From: a virus
Lineage: Duplodnaviria; Caudoviricetes
Reading direction: 5' to 3' (one strand)
IMG/VR virus record: IMGVR_UViG_3300032225_000976
Span: 1-43,807 of that record
Length of the DNA stretch: 43,807 bases
Below are positions 1 to 9,589 of the stretch, in pieces; the stretch's first letter is position 1; every line of letters begins with the position of its first letter. The notes below the pieces were generated by a model, which worked only from the letters and a program-made list of their open reading frames with translations, was not told the origin of the DNA and did no database searches. The position numbers and the translations under genes were made by a program.

Positions 1-123
1 CGCAACGAGATTGATGACGCGTTCTCCGGCAACGGCGCAGCGCGAAACACCATCACAGATATCGTCGAGGAGATCACGAGCCGACGCGCGTTTCTGCGCG
101 ATATTGCAGAGGGAGCCGCAGGC
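1..123. repeat. Terminal direct repeat, copy 1 (identical to 43685-43807); indicates a circular assembly
   Basis: cgcaacgagattgatgac...gggagccgcaggc is present at both ends, and an ORF reads in frame across the junction. Confidence 0.95.
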
Positions 124-315
124 GAAATCGACATCCACCAAGCAGTCCGCGACGCGATCAGCAACGACGGCGATATCGTGCGCGACGCGCTCGACATCGA
201 CGAAATCGCGGAAAGCGTGCGCAAGGAACTCGCGAATGACGAGGACCCCGACACCGAAGAACTCGCGCGTGCGGTCATCACGCGTCTCGCAGACATGATC
301 GGGGGCGTGCGATGA
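1..315 (+). CDS. 3' part of an acidic hypothetical protein (about 156 aa) that starts at 43529 and spans the circular junction
   Basis: Frame 1 is open (RNEIDDAFSG...LADMIGGVR*), its TGA overlaps the next ATG (ATGA at 312), and it is in frame with ATG 43529 across the repeat. Confidence 0.75.
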   Translation, partial: RNEIDDAFSGNGAARNTITDIVEEITSRRAFLRDIAEGAAGEIDIHQAVRDAISNDGDIVRDALDIDEIAESVRKELANDEDPDTEELARAVITRLADMIGGVR

Positions 316-557
316 CGCACCACTACCCCCAGGCGGAGATTGACTCGCGCACGCGCCGCATCGCGCAATGCGCGACCAACGCGCAACGCGCCGCGATGGC
401 GATTCCCGATGCGGGAATCGCCGCGCGCGTCGCGACGCTCGCGGGCGAAGTCTCGGCGCTTGCCGCGCACAGTCACCCGGCAGCGCTGTACGATCTTGAA
501 ACCGTAGCGTTTGCGTTGGTGCGCGCGACCGTCGCGCAGGCGGAGGGAGAGCGATGA
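312..557 (+). CDS. Hypothetical protein, 81 aa
   Basis: ATGA coupling on both sides; upstream GGGGG RBS-like sequence. Confidence 0.7.
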   Translation: MTHHYPQAEIDSRTRRIAQCATNAQRAAMAIPDAGIAARVATLAGEVSALAAHSHPAALYDLETVAFALVRATVAQAEGER

Positions 558-1540
558 ATCTTGCACTTCCTCAGCTTGAACGCCGCGCGGCGCTTCCCGC
601 GCTCGACTCCCCCGCATGGCGCGCGGACCTCGCGCGCGGAATCCGCGCAGCGCTCGGAGCCGAGGGTACGCAACCTGCGTACCTTCGGCGCGCGCTCGGC
701 GCGATGCGCGAGGCGCTCGCAGGCACGGACCTCTACGAAGTCGCGGCGCCGCACCAGTCGGCAAATGGGAAACTTGCGAAGAACGCCGCGACCACACTTT
801 CCTACACGGGCGCGCCCGACCTCAGCAGCGGCGCGTACTCAACCTGCGCAGCGAGCACCGCAGGATGCCGCGCGGTTTGCGTTCTCAGCAATGCGTGCGG
901 ATACGCAGCGATTGAGGAGCGCGCGGGACTCGGATCGATCATGCGCGCTCGCGCGCGGCGCGTGATCGTGCTACGCGAGCACCCCGTAGCGGCAGGCGTT
1001 GAACTGGTGCGCGCCGCAGCTCGCGCGGCACGCATCGCGAGGGCGACGCAAACGCGCGCAGTCGCGCGTTTGAATGTGGGAACGGACCTCGCATGGGAAG
1101 CGATTCCCGAAACTGATTCCATGCTCGGGCGCTTCGGCATCGCATCCTACGCGTACACGAAGCGCCCCGGCGCAGTACGCGCGGCGCTCCAGCATGGCGG
1201 GCGAGTCGGGCGAACGCGGATTGTGTATTCTTGGAGCGAGTGTGCTTCGGAGTCGCTTGCCTCTGAGTACCTCGGAGCGGGCGGGACGGTCGCAGTCGTG
1301 TTCGCAGGTCTCGGCGCAGGGCAGTACAAACGACCGATGCCGCGCGCGTTCACGCTCGGCGGACGGGCATGGCGTTGCATCGACGGTGATGCGACGGACG
1401 ACCGAACGCGCGACCCGCGCGGAATCGTCGTCGCGCTGCGAGGCAAGGGACCGCTCGCATCAATCGACTCGGCACGACTCGCGAAAGCGAACCGCTACGG
1501 CTTCGCAATCGACCCAGACGACCCGCGCGCGGTTTGGTAA
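554..1540 (+). CDS. Gp88-like phage protein (Cys-cluster, radical-SAM-like)
   Basis: NGKLAK, C-x6-C-x3-C (CAASTAGCRAVC), RLNVGTD, YAYTK and IDGDATDDRTRDP..VVALRGKG motifs; GGAGGGAG RBS. Confidence 0.7.
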   Translation: MNLALPQLERRAALPALDSPAWRADLARGIRAALGAEGTQPAYLRRALGAMREALAGTDLYEVAAPHQSANGKLAKNAATTLSYTGAPDLSSGAYSTCAASTAGCRAVCVLSNACGYAAIEERAGLGSIMRARARRVIVLREHPVAAGVELVRAAARAARIARATQTRAVARLNVGTDLAWEAIPETDSMLGRFGIASYAYTKRPGAVRAALQHGGRVGRTRIVYSWSECASESLASEYLGAGGTVAVVFAGLGAGQYKRPMPRAFTLGGRAWRCIDGDATDDRTRDPRGIVVALRGKGPLASIDSARLAKANRYGFAIDPDDPRAVW

Positions 1541-1566
1541 GCCTCGGGAACCCTTTGTAGCTTGAA

Positions 1567-1599
1567 CGGCGCGCCTCGCAACGGCGCGCCGCTTTCTTT
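1567..1599 (+). terminator. Rho-independent terminator
   Basis: cggcgcgcc-tcgcaac-ggcgcgccg 9-bp stem followed by ctttcttt, just after the stop at 1540. Confidence 0.75.
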
Positions 1600-2271
1600 G
1601 GTGCTTTGGGTAGTTGTTTGATTGACTCGGCGCGCGTGCCGCGCGTATCGTCACGGTAGCGAAGCGGAGGAAGGAAGGACGGCGTGGTGCCTTCCGGCAT
1701 GGCGGGCAGGCAATGCGAGGGCAATGCAAAGGCGAACACGCTCGGCAACGCGCGCCGCTCGGGCGCTCGCCCACTCGACTCATGCGCGAGGCGGATGCGC
1801 GACACCCACACACACGGCACACGGGGAACAGCGATGGCGACTCGCGGCGCGTCTACCTTCGACCGATGCTAGACGGCGCGCGAGGCGCTGCAACGGGGGC
1901 GACTCGATTGCCCTCCCCCACTACTCCTCCTCCCCGCGGAAAGACCCCCCTGAAAGTCCCGTCTGTAACTTGTTTGGTTACTTATGGATGTGCGTGGGAG
2001 GTCACGCCAAGCGCGTGATTCCGATTCTGGGAGCTCGACCCCTGGGTATGTGAAAATTCGCCGGCTGAAAGTTCCCGTTGGTCTCTTGTTTGGTCAGACC
2101 GCAAATGTATTTGCGCTTTCACCCGAACAACTGGCGAACAAACGGGGATTATGGGTGACTTTGCGGCGTGTGTGGGTACGGTGGGGTGCATGACCCCTGA
2201 TCTCGAAGGCATCTACGAGGTTGCGATGGTTCTGGTGGAGGAATTGGACGGCGAATGCCGCAGGAGAGTCC

Positions 2272-3699
2272 GTGGTAGGTGAGCTGACGCTAGAGGAGTT
2301 CTGGTACGGGTGTCGCGAGGCGGCGCATTGGTTCTGTCCGTACCTGCTTGGCGTTGAGAATGGGCAGTTGCACGACGACTTGCATTTCATGCTGGACGAG
2401 TCGAAGGACTGCTATGTGGAGCTGCCGCGTGGCCATGGCAAGACGAGCAACATGGCGGCTCGTGTGGCATGGGAGATCGGGCGGAATCCAGAGCTGCGAG
2501 TCAAGATCGTGGCTTCGACGGACGACGAGGCGGCGAAGACGGTGACGATGATCAGGAAGCTGGTCGAGAGCGAGGAGTACCGCAAGGTGTTCCCCTCGAT
2601 CGAGCCTGACGACCATTCGACTTGGGGCAACACGGCGTTCACGGTGAAGCGGGCGAAGTTGATTCGCGACCCCACGGTGGAGGCGGTGAGTGTGTTCGGT
2701 CGTGCCGGCGGACGATCGGACTTGCTGATTGCGGACGACATCTGCGACCTGCGGAACTCGGTCCAGCAGCCGTCGATGCGTGAGCAGGTGAAGGAGAGCT
2801 GGAAGACGATCTGGATGCCGACCTTGGACCGTTCGGGACCGAACCCGAGGGTCTGGAAGTTCGGCACGCCGTACCATGTCGCGGACGCGACGGCTGAGTG
2901 GCGCGCGTACCACGACGACCGTGGCGGTCTGTTTCGGCGACCCGTGAGGGGCTACGAGGGACCGTGGCCAGAGGTGTTCACGCCTGAGATGCTTGAGGAT
3001 CTTCGGGCGAAGCTGGGACCGATCGCGTATGCCCGCAGTTACGAGCTGTCGCCTGTTTCGAGCGACCAGTTGGTCTTCGACCATTGGTGGCTGGATCGGG
3101 CGTTCTACGAAGGTCAGGTTCCCGAGGCTGTCCGCGTCACGGGTCAGCCGATCGCTGCGACCGACTTCGCGTTCTCCGAGAAGACGATCAAGAAGGGCGA
3201 TCCCGACTACTCGGTGCTTGTGACGGGCTACCGCAGCATGGACGGCTACTGCTATGTGGACAGGGTTGTCCGCGCGCGGGTTCCGTTCCCCGAGTGGCTG
3301 CGGATCTGTTCGCGCGAGTGCAAGGCGGCGGGCATCTCGGTGCTGATGGCTGAAGGCAACGGTCCGCAGGCTGGTCTTGTCCAGCAGTTGCAGGTCGCCT
3401 GCTCGGAGACGAGCGTGGTGAGCATGATCCGCACGCAGGACAAGCTGACTCGCGCGAGCGAGAAGCAGTCGTTCGTGGAGAGCGGTCGGCTCAGGCTTCG
3501 CGGCGACCACGGCAAGGTGTGCCGCGAGCACGCGATTATGTACGAGGAGATGACGACATTCCCCGCCGGCGACCACGACGACACCGTGGATGCCGTGGTG
3601 GACCTGATGGAAGCGTGCACGCGCGCCGGCTACGGGCTGACCGCGAAGCCGCAGATCACGACAAGTGGACGGAACAAGCTTTGGAGGCTCTATGGATGA
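2272..3699 (+). CDS. terL: Terminase large subunit
   Basis: Walker A LPRGHGKT, Walker B LLIADD, C-terminal nuclease DHDDTVDA; GTG start at 2272 after AGGAG (the ORF track extends to 2221). Confidence 0.93.
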   Translation: MVGELTLEEFWYGCREAAHWFCPYLLGVENGQLHDDLHFMLDESKDCYVELPRGHGKTSNMAARVAWEIGRNPELRVKIVASTDDEAAKTVTMIRKLVESEEYRKVFPSIEPDDHSTWGNTAFTVKRAKLIRDPTVEAVSVFGRAGGRSDLLIADDICDLRNSVQQPSMREQVKESWKTIWMPTLDRSGPNPRVWKFGTPYHVADATAEWRAYHDDRGGLFRRPVRGYEGPWPEVFTPEMLEDLRAKLGPIAYARSYELSPVSSDQLVFDHWWLDRAFYEGQVPEAVRVTGQPIAATDFAFSEKTIKKGDPDYSVLVTGYRSMDGYCYVDRVVRARVPFPEWLRICSRECKAAGISVLMAEGNGPQAGLVQQLQVACSETSVVSMIRTQDKLTRASEKQSFVESGRLRLRGDHGKVCREHAIMYEEMTTFPAGDHDDTVDAVVDLMEACTRAGYGLTAKPQITTSGRNKLWRLYG

Positions 3700-5806
3700 G
3701 TTGATGAACGAAGGCGACAAGGACATCGAGATCCCCAAGGAGCTGCGCGCTCCGATCGCGATGCCGATCGAGATGCAGCGCACCTTCTACGCAAGCATCG
3801 CAAAGATCCTCCGCAATCCGTCGCTGGCGTACCGCAAGGACCGCCAGTTGATGAAGCAGATGAGGAACGACCCCGACTGCATGGGTCCGTTGCTCCAGCT
3901 CCAGGTGTCGATCGCGGGTCTTGAGTGGCAGGTCAAGCCGTTCGACGCGCGCGACCCGATGCAGGAGGAGATCGCGAACCGCACCGCCGAGATCATCGCG
4001 CGCATCCCTCGCTTCGCCGACATGATCCGCCACCTGCTCGACGCGGTGTGGTACGGGTCGAGCGCGCTCAACATCATCTACGAGCGCAAGCCGAGCGGTC
4101 TGATCGCGCCGGCTGACTGGCTTCCGTTCCATCCCGACACGCTGATCACCCACGAGGACGGTCTGCCCGGCATCAAGGTCGGTCCGCGCTACTACGCCGA
4201 CTTCGACGGCACGGGCGGCGAGACGCAGCAGGGCTTCGACTCGCGCGTCCACATCTTCACCGACATCGAGCGCCGCGCGGTCGTGTGGCATCGCTACATG
4301 GTGCATGGTCCCGACTTCGACGATCCCTACGAGACCGCGTACTCGTACATGGGCAAGGGAACGCGCGATGTCGTGTGGTGGTACTGGAACCTAAAGCAGG
4401 CGGTGCTTCAGAACTGGGCGACCTTCTCCGAGCGTTACGCGCAGGGCATCCGCATCGGCTACTACCCGATGGCGCAGAAGGGCGGCAAGGAGGAGATGGA
4501 GAACATCCTCCGCAACATGGTCGGCGATGTGAGCGCCGTCGTGCCGCGCAGCGTTCCTGGGCAGAAGGACTACGAGATCGAGATCCTCGAGCCTGCCGCC
4601 GCGCGCGCGCAGGTGTTCGCCGACCTGACCGAGTGGCTCGCCAAGAACATCAAGGAACTCATCGTCGGTCAGAGCGCGACGAGCGAGGCGGTCTCGACTG
4701 GCCTCGGTTCGAGCGTCGGTGCGGAGCATGGAAAGACCTTCACCCGCCAGATGAAGTTCGTTGCCGAGGGTCTCGGCGAGACGATCACGCATCAGCTCGT
4801 GAAGGAGATCGTGGACATGAACTTCGGACCGCAGGAGATCTATCCGAAGTTCGAGTTCAGCGTCGAGGCTCCCGAGATGCAGAAGAAGCTGGAGGCGATC
4901 CGCATCTTCGTCAACGAGCTTGGCGGCACGGTAAGCGAGGCGGAGACGCGCAAGATGCTTGGTCTCGCGATCCCCGATGTGGACGAGCCTGTGCTGACGG
5001 GCAAGATCAAGGATGTGCTTCCCGACATCGCGCCCGAGGACCAGTTCATGGACGACTTCGAGGATGACGGCGAGGTGCAGCCAGACGAAATCGATGGCGA
5101 GGAGGACGGCGACGGCTCTTCGGACAAGGTTCTGTCCGCGAAGCAGGCGTTCTCGAAGATGTCCGACAAGCAGCTTCAGCGCGAGGCCGTGCGCCGTCGC
5201 CGGCGCGGCAAGCCGAAGGGCAACTGCGGCAACGGCTTCGGCGGCTTCACCGATGGCAACGGCTGCGCGAGCGGCAAGCATGTCTACCCGAAGAACCGCA
5301 AGAGTCCGTCCGGCAGCACGAAGCAGAAGAACGCGAAGGAACTCGGCGACTGCGTGATCGCGAAGCACCGAGTCCTGATCGGCGAGGGCTACAGCGACGA
5401 CCAGGCTTGGGCGATCGCCTACGACATGTGCGGCGAGAGGAAGAAGAGCGAGAACCGCCGTCGCCCGCAGCACGCGACGGACGCGCTGGCGCAGAAGGAC
5501 CGCGCTGGCGAGCTTGTTCGGAAGGGTCTGAGCGTCGAGCAGGCTGTCCATGCGGCTGTTCGCGAGACGATCCACGCGGGCGGCGATGTCGCGCGCGGCG
5601 ACGCGCACATCTTCACGAAGGAGCACGAGGTCACCGACGACATGGTGAACGCGGTCCGCGTCCGCGCGCAGAAGGAGTTCGAGCGCCGCAAGATGAAGGG
5701 CGACCTTGAGGTGTGGATCAACGGTCGCGTCGAGGAGCTGCGTTCGTTCGCTCGCGGCGAGAAGGAAGACTGCCGCGACAAGGATCTCTTCGAGGTCGAT
5801 GAATGA
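3692..5806 (+). CDS. Portal protein (DUF935/Mu gp29-like) with a long C-terminal extension
   Basis: Follows TerL; LLDAVWYGSS, WATFSERYAQGIRIGYYP and IKELIVGQ motifs; ATG 3692 after GGAGG. Confidence 0.85.
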   Translation: MDELMNEGDKDIEIPKELRAPIAMPIEMQRTFYASIAKILRNPSLAYRKDRQLMKQMRNDPDCMGPLLQLQVSIAGLEWQVKPFDARDPMQEEIANRTAEIIARIPRFADMIRHLLDAVWYGSSALNIIYERKPSGLIAPADWLPFHPDTLITHEDGLPGIKVGPRYYADFDGTGGETQQGFDSRVHIFTDIERRAVVWHRYMVHGPDFDDPYETAYSYMGKGTRDVVWWYWNLKQAVLQNWATFSERYAQGIRIGYYPMAQKGGKEEMENILRNMVGDVSAVVPRSVPGQKDYEIEILEPAAARAQVFADLTEWLAKNIKELIVGQSATSEAVSTGLGSSVGAEHGKTFTRQMKFVAEGLGETITHQLVKEIVDMNFGPQEIYPKFEFSVEAPEMQKKLEAIRIFVNELGGTVSEAETRKMLGLAIPDVDEPVLTGKIKDVLPDIAPEDQFMDDFEDDGEVQPDEIDGEEDGDGSSDKVLSAKQAFSKMSDKQLQREAVRRRRRGKPKGNCGNGFGGFTDGNGCASGKHVYPKNRKSPSGSTKQKNAKELGDCVIAKHRVLIGEGYSDDQAWAIAYDMCGERKKSENRRRPQHATDALAQKDRAGELVRKGLSVEQAVHAAVRETIHAGGDVARGDAHIFTKEHEVTDDMVNAVRVRAQKEFERRKMKGDLEVWINGRVEELRSFARGEKEDCRDKDLFEVDE

Positions 5807-6711
5807 AGGCGATGTCTACGGTCGAGCAGGACATGAGGCGCGCATGGATGCGCGGCCTCGCGTCCCGCAACTGGACTCGGATGCAGTCCGAGGTGTCGAT
5901 GTCGCTCGTGGGCGCATTCGACCGTGGTCGCGGTCTGTTCCTTCCCGCTGGCGACAGCGCGGTGGACATCGCCGTGTTCCACGAGCGCGCGCGCGAGATG
6001 TCGATGCGCGCGATGCGCGAGGTCGAGTCGCGGTACGAGCGCGCAGCCATCAGGACGGGCGACGAGATGCTGTCCGCGATCTACCTGCTGTTCTTCGATG
6101 AGAACGACGATGTCATGCGTCCGATCCGTCGCGGCGTGCCGGCGAGGATCGCTCGCCGCGCGGCGCACTACGATGTCCCGATCATCGTCGCGCGCAACGC
6201 GCAGGAGATCCTGTCGCAGGACCGCGAGATCCGAGACCTTGTCCGAACCGTGCCGAGGACATCGGTGCTTGTCGCGCAGGACGAGGTGCGCCGCGCGCTC
6301 AACATCGGCATCGCCGACTCGGCGGCGAACGACGGGAGGCGCGTGTCCGTGTCGGAGAACCCGACCCAGCCGGCGAGTCCGTCGCGCGATTCCGTCCACC
6401 CGCTGTGGGAGATCCGCGAGGTCATGGACCGCCGCACGCGCGGAAATCCGTCAGGCGACTTCCCCGAAGGCTCGCATTGGCAGGTCAACGGGTACATAAA
6501 TACCATTGACGAGATCATCAGGCAGGATTGCGTGCCGCCATGCGGTCGCAACTGCCGAGCTGCGCTCGTGCCTGTCTCTGCGCGCCGCGCGATGTCCCTT
6601 GGACTGGTCGATGTCACGGGCAGGATCGACTATTCCGCTCTCAGGAACTACAACAGGCTCCGCCAGACATACATCGACATGGGTCTGTATCCCGATCCTG
6701 GCTTCCGCTAA
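5803..6711 (+). CDS. Minor head/morphogenesis protein (Mu gpF/SPP1 gp7-like)
   Basis: Position after portal; PPCGRNCRAALVPV resembles the PPxxxNCRC motif. Confidence 0.75.
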   Translation: MKAMSTVEQDMRRAWMRGLASRNWTRMQSEVSMSLVGAFDRGRGLFLPAGDSAVDIAVFHERAREMSMRAMREVESRYERAAIRTGDEMLSAIYLLFFDENDDVMRPIRRGVPARIARRAAHYDVPIIVARNAQEILSQDREIRDLVRTVPRTSVLVAQDEVRRALNIGIADSAANDGRRVSVSENPTQPASPSRDSVHPLWEIREVMDRRTRGNPSGDFPEGSHWQVNGYINTIDEIIRQDCVPPCGRNCRAALVPVSARRAMSLGLVDVTGRIDYSALRNYNRLRQTYIDMGLYPDPGFR

Positions 6712-6810
6712 TTGTTAGCCTATTGGGCTAAGTCAAGCGGGAATGTCATAACAATTAGAAGTTTTTATCGACCAATAGGTTGCATTAGGGGTCTATATGG
6801 TGCGGAATGT
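6712..6810. promoter_or_regulatory. AT-rich intergenic region upstream of the head assembly genes, with inverted repeats
   Basis: ttagcc...ggctaa hairpin; cctattgg (6719) and ccaatagg (6772) inverted pair. Confidence 0.4.
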
Positions 6811-8005
6811 GTCCATGACGGGTTCCCATGCCATCGACGAGCAGGACGACAAGGTCGTGATCAAGCGGCTGGAGTTGTTCTCTGGGTTCGATCCGACCAT
6901 TGACGATGGCACGGACACCGAGATCAAGAAGTTCGACCGCAAGAAGGTCGAGAAGATCGTGAAGCGCACGAAGCAGTTCATCTCGCGCAAGCAGCATCCT
7001 CGGATCGTGGTCCTTCATTCGCAGGAGGACCACAGCGAGCCGAAGGAAGCCGTTGGAGCCGTGACGAATGTCGAGATGGAGGAGCGCAACGGCGTTCCGT
7101 TCATCGTCGGCGATGTCGAGATGTCCCGAGAGGACTTCGCCTCCTACATCGCGTCCAACAAGTTCCCGCGCCGCAGCGCGGAGATCTGGTCGGACGACCA
7201 TATGAGCGAGGTCGCCCTGCTTGGAAGGGACACCCCACGCAGGCCATTGCCTGACACGCGCTTCGCCAAGCAGGGCGAAAAGACCGTCTTTGCTATGGAA
7301 TGCTCCTCCTGTTTCGAGGCCGCGCCTGGAGTGGGCAATGTGTTCGTACCCGGCGCGACCGGCACCAAGAAGGAGACTCACATGGCTGACGAAGCCAAGG
7401 TTGGCGAGAAGGACGAGATGGCGAAGCTGATCGCCGAGAAGGACGCTGAGATCGCCCGTCTCAAGGAAGAGAACCGCAAGATGTACAACCAGACTGCGGT
7501 TCACATCGATTCCGATGCCCACAAGGGCGAGGAAGAGGATGAAGACGAGGACGAGGACGAGGGCGACGAGGACAAGAAGGAGAAGGACATGAAGGACACG
7601 AACCTTGGCAAGACCAAGAACTCGAAGTCCGCCTTCGCCCGCGAGAAGGAGCGTTTCGAGCGCCGCATCGCTGCCCTTGAGCAGGAGCTGGCGAAGGAAC
7701 GCTTCTCCCGCGAGATCGACTCGATGCAGACCGATGGCTACTCCGTCGATTGCTGCCGCGAGGAGATGATCGAGGAACTCGTCTTCGCCAAGGATCCGCA
7801 GAAGAAGATCGCATTCTGGCGCGAGAACTTCCGTCGCGACCCAGTCGGCATTCGTGTCGCTGCCGCCGCGCCGCGCTCGGGCATGAAGAACGATCCGACC
7901 AACAACCTCAACCGTGAAACCGTTGCAAAGCTCGTGGCTGAAGCCGCCGGCGATGCTGAGAAGTTCAAGACCCTCATGGCGCGCGCAAAGAGCGGCCAGT
8001 TCTAA
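6797..8005 (+). CDS. Prohead protease/scaffold (Mu gpI/Z-like); start may be 6815
   Basis: N-terminal VVLH...RRSAE...EVALLG protease-like region, acidic/coiled-coil C-terminus, lies before the decoration and MCP genes. Confidence 0.75.
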   Translation: MVRNVSMTGSHAIDEQDDKVVIKRLELFSGFDPTIDDGTDTEIKKFDRKKVEKIVKRTKQFISRKQHPRIVVLHSQEDHSEPKEAVGAVTNVEMEERNGVPFIVGDVEMSREDFASYIASNKFPRRSAEIWSDDHMSEVALLGRDTPRRPLPDTRFAKQGEKTVFAMECSSCFEAAPGVGNVFVPGATGTKKETHMADEAKVGEKDEMAKLIAEKDAEIARLKEENRKMYNQTAVHIDSDAHKGEEEDEDEDEDEGDEDKKEKDMKDTNLGKTKNSKSAFAREKERFERRIAALEQELAKERFSREIDSMQTDGYSVDCCREEMIEELVFAKDPQKKIAFWRENFRRDPVGIRVAAAAPRSGMKNDPTNNLNRETVAKLVAEAAGDAEKFKTLMARAKSGQF

Positions 8006-8020
8006 GAAAGGCAACCAGAC

Positions 8021-8443
8021 ATGAGTTCGTTCTCCGATACTCCGTCGCTCGTGGCGCAGACCACCATCCTGCCCTACTCGGCGGTCAAGGTCACCTCCGC
8101 TGCCGGCTACCTCCGCAACGCTGGCGCTCCGGCGGCCAGCCCGACTGCCGATTTCGTGATCGGAGTCGCCGATGGCTCCACCCGCAAGTTCGACAGCGCC
8201 AATCACGCTGAAGCTGGCGACACCATTCAGCTTCAGAACGGCGACATCGTTCTCGCCAAGTGCGATGGCTCCAGCACGGCAGTCGTTGCCGGCGATCTTC
8301 TCAAGGTCACGACGGACGGCGTGTTCGTCAAGGCTGCGTCTGGAACCGCCGCGCGCGTGTTCGCAATCGCGCTTGAGCCCTCTGCTGCCGCAGGAACGCT
8401 CATCCGCGCCAAGCTCCTTCCCGCGCCGTACATCCAGGCTTGA
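8021..8443 (+). CDS. Head decoration/cement protein (DUF2190-like)
   Basis: 140 aa, Ala/Gly-rich, FVIGVA...AGD..VVAGDLL..TTDG..AIALE pattern, immediately before MCP. Confidence 0.7.
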   Translation: MSSFSDTPSLVAQTTILPYSAVKVTSAAGYLRNAGAPAASPTADFVIGVADGSTRKFDSANHAEAGDTIQLQNGDIVLAKCDGSSTAVVAGDLLKVTTDGVFVKAASGTAARVFAIALEPSAAAGTLIRAKLLPAPYIQA

Positions 8444-8477
8444 TTCATTCCGTTCACCCAACACGAGGTAACCAAAC

Positions 8478-9524
8478 ATGGCAGAAGTTTCAATCGGTGG
8501 CGGACTGAACACCTTCGTCCCCACCTTCTCCGAGGCAACTGGTCTCATCCAGACCGAGTTCACGCGCAATGTCAAGTCGTTCGCGCTGAACCGCTACACC
8601 AAGCTCGTCCCCGTCACCACCACCAGCGGCTACTACCTCAAGATCAACTCGGACGAAGCCGTTCGCGTGGTCAACGAGGCTGACTTCCGCTGGGCGTATG
8701 GCGAGGATCGCCCGACCGGCATCAACAACGACTTTGAGTTCGTGAGCTTCTCGACCAAGCGGTACGAGAAGGGCTTCCACATCCCCTACGAGACCGCCAA
8801 GGTCGCGGCGTGGGACATCGTGGCGCAGCACGCTCGCAGCCGCGCGGCTCAGTTGATGACGCTCCGCACGCAGCGCGCGCTCACCGTCCTGACCACGGCT
8901 GGCAACTGGACCAGCGGCACGAATTACTTCGTTGACTTCGACACGCTTACTGGTCTTACTACGACCAACGGCGTTGCTGATGGAACTGCGACGAGCGCGC
9001 CTTACGCAGCGCGTCTCTTCCAGACCGCGACTGAGAAGCTGATGATCAACACGGGCGGCGCGATTCAGATGAGCGACATCGTCGCCGTCATGTCGCCGAA
9101 GACCGCGTTCCGCATGTCGCGCACCGAGGAAATGAAGGATCTCATCAAGTACACGCAGGGCGTGGACCTGATGAAGGGCGAAGGCAACTTCTCCCGCTAC
9201 GGTCTTGCTCCTGCGCTGTTCGGCATCGGAGACATCGTCATCGAGGACGCTGTCAAGGTCTCGACCGCGAAGGGCGTGACCCGAGCTGCCGACTACATCC
9301 TGAGCGAAGGTCAGGTCGTCTTCGTTTCCCGTCCGCAGGGTCTCGTCGGTGTCGAGGGTGGCTCGAACTTCGCGACCATCTCGAACTTCGTGTACGAGGA
9401 CATGACCGTTGAGACCTTCGATGACCCGATCAACCGCCGCACGCGCGGCTCGATCGTGGACAACGGCACTTTCGAGCTGACCGCTCCGCTTGCCGGCATC
9501 TATGTCGCCAACATCTTCGCCTGA
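8478..9524 (+). CDS. Major capsid protein
   Basis: 348 aa, strong codon bias, GAGGT RBS, canonical position, followed by a stable hairpin. Confidence 0.85.
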   Translation: MAEVSIGGGLNTFVPTFSEATGLIQTEFTRNVKSFALNRYTKLVPVTTTSGYYLKINSDEAVRVVNEADFRWAYGEDRPTGINNDFEFVSFSTKRYEKGFHIPYETAKVAAWDIVAQHARSRAAQLMTLRTQRALTVLTTAGNWTSGTNYFVDFDTLTGLTTTNGVADGTATSAPYAARLFQTATEKLMINTGGAIQMSDIVAVMSPKTAFRMSRTEEMKDLIKYTQGVDLMKGEGNFSRYGLAPALFGIGDIVIEDAVKVSTAKGVTRAADYILSEGQVVFVSRPQGLVGVEGGSNFATISNFVYEDMTVETFDDPINRRTRGSIVDNGTFELTAPLAGIYVANIFA

Positions 9525-9545
9525 TCAGACCATCTCTCTTTTCGT

Positions 9546-9576
9546 GGGGGGATGGGGGCTTCGGCTCCCATCCCCC
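9546..9576 (+). terminator. Stable cUUCGg hairpin after MCP (mRNA stabiliser or weak terminator)
   Basis: gggggatgggggc-ttcg-gctcccatccccc; no U-tract follows. Confidence 0.55.
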
Positions 9577-9589
9577 TATCGGAGCATCG

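Noticed and set aside
11-298. 95-aa ORF from the ORF track
   Set aside because: Wrong frame; frame 1 (1-315) has typical codon usage and continues the gene starting at 43529.
1895-1906. Lambda-like cos sequence (gggggcgactcg)
   Set aside because: The resemblance is weak in GC-rich DNA and there is no supporting cos symmetry.
2290-8575. Long minus-strand ORFs (2290-3783, 4391-5626, 6785-8575; similarly 25722-27017, 29223-30746, 32323-34038)
   Set aside because: They are antisense shadows of well-supported plus-strand genes in GC-rich, codon-biased DNA, with no RBS or recognisable motifs.
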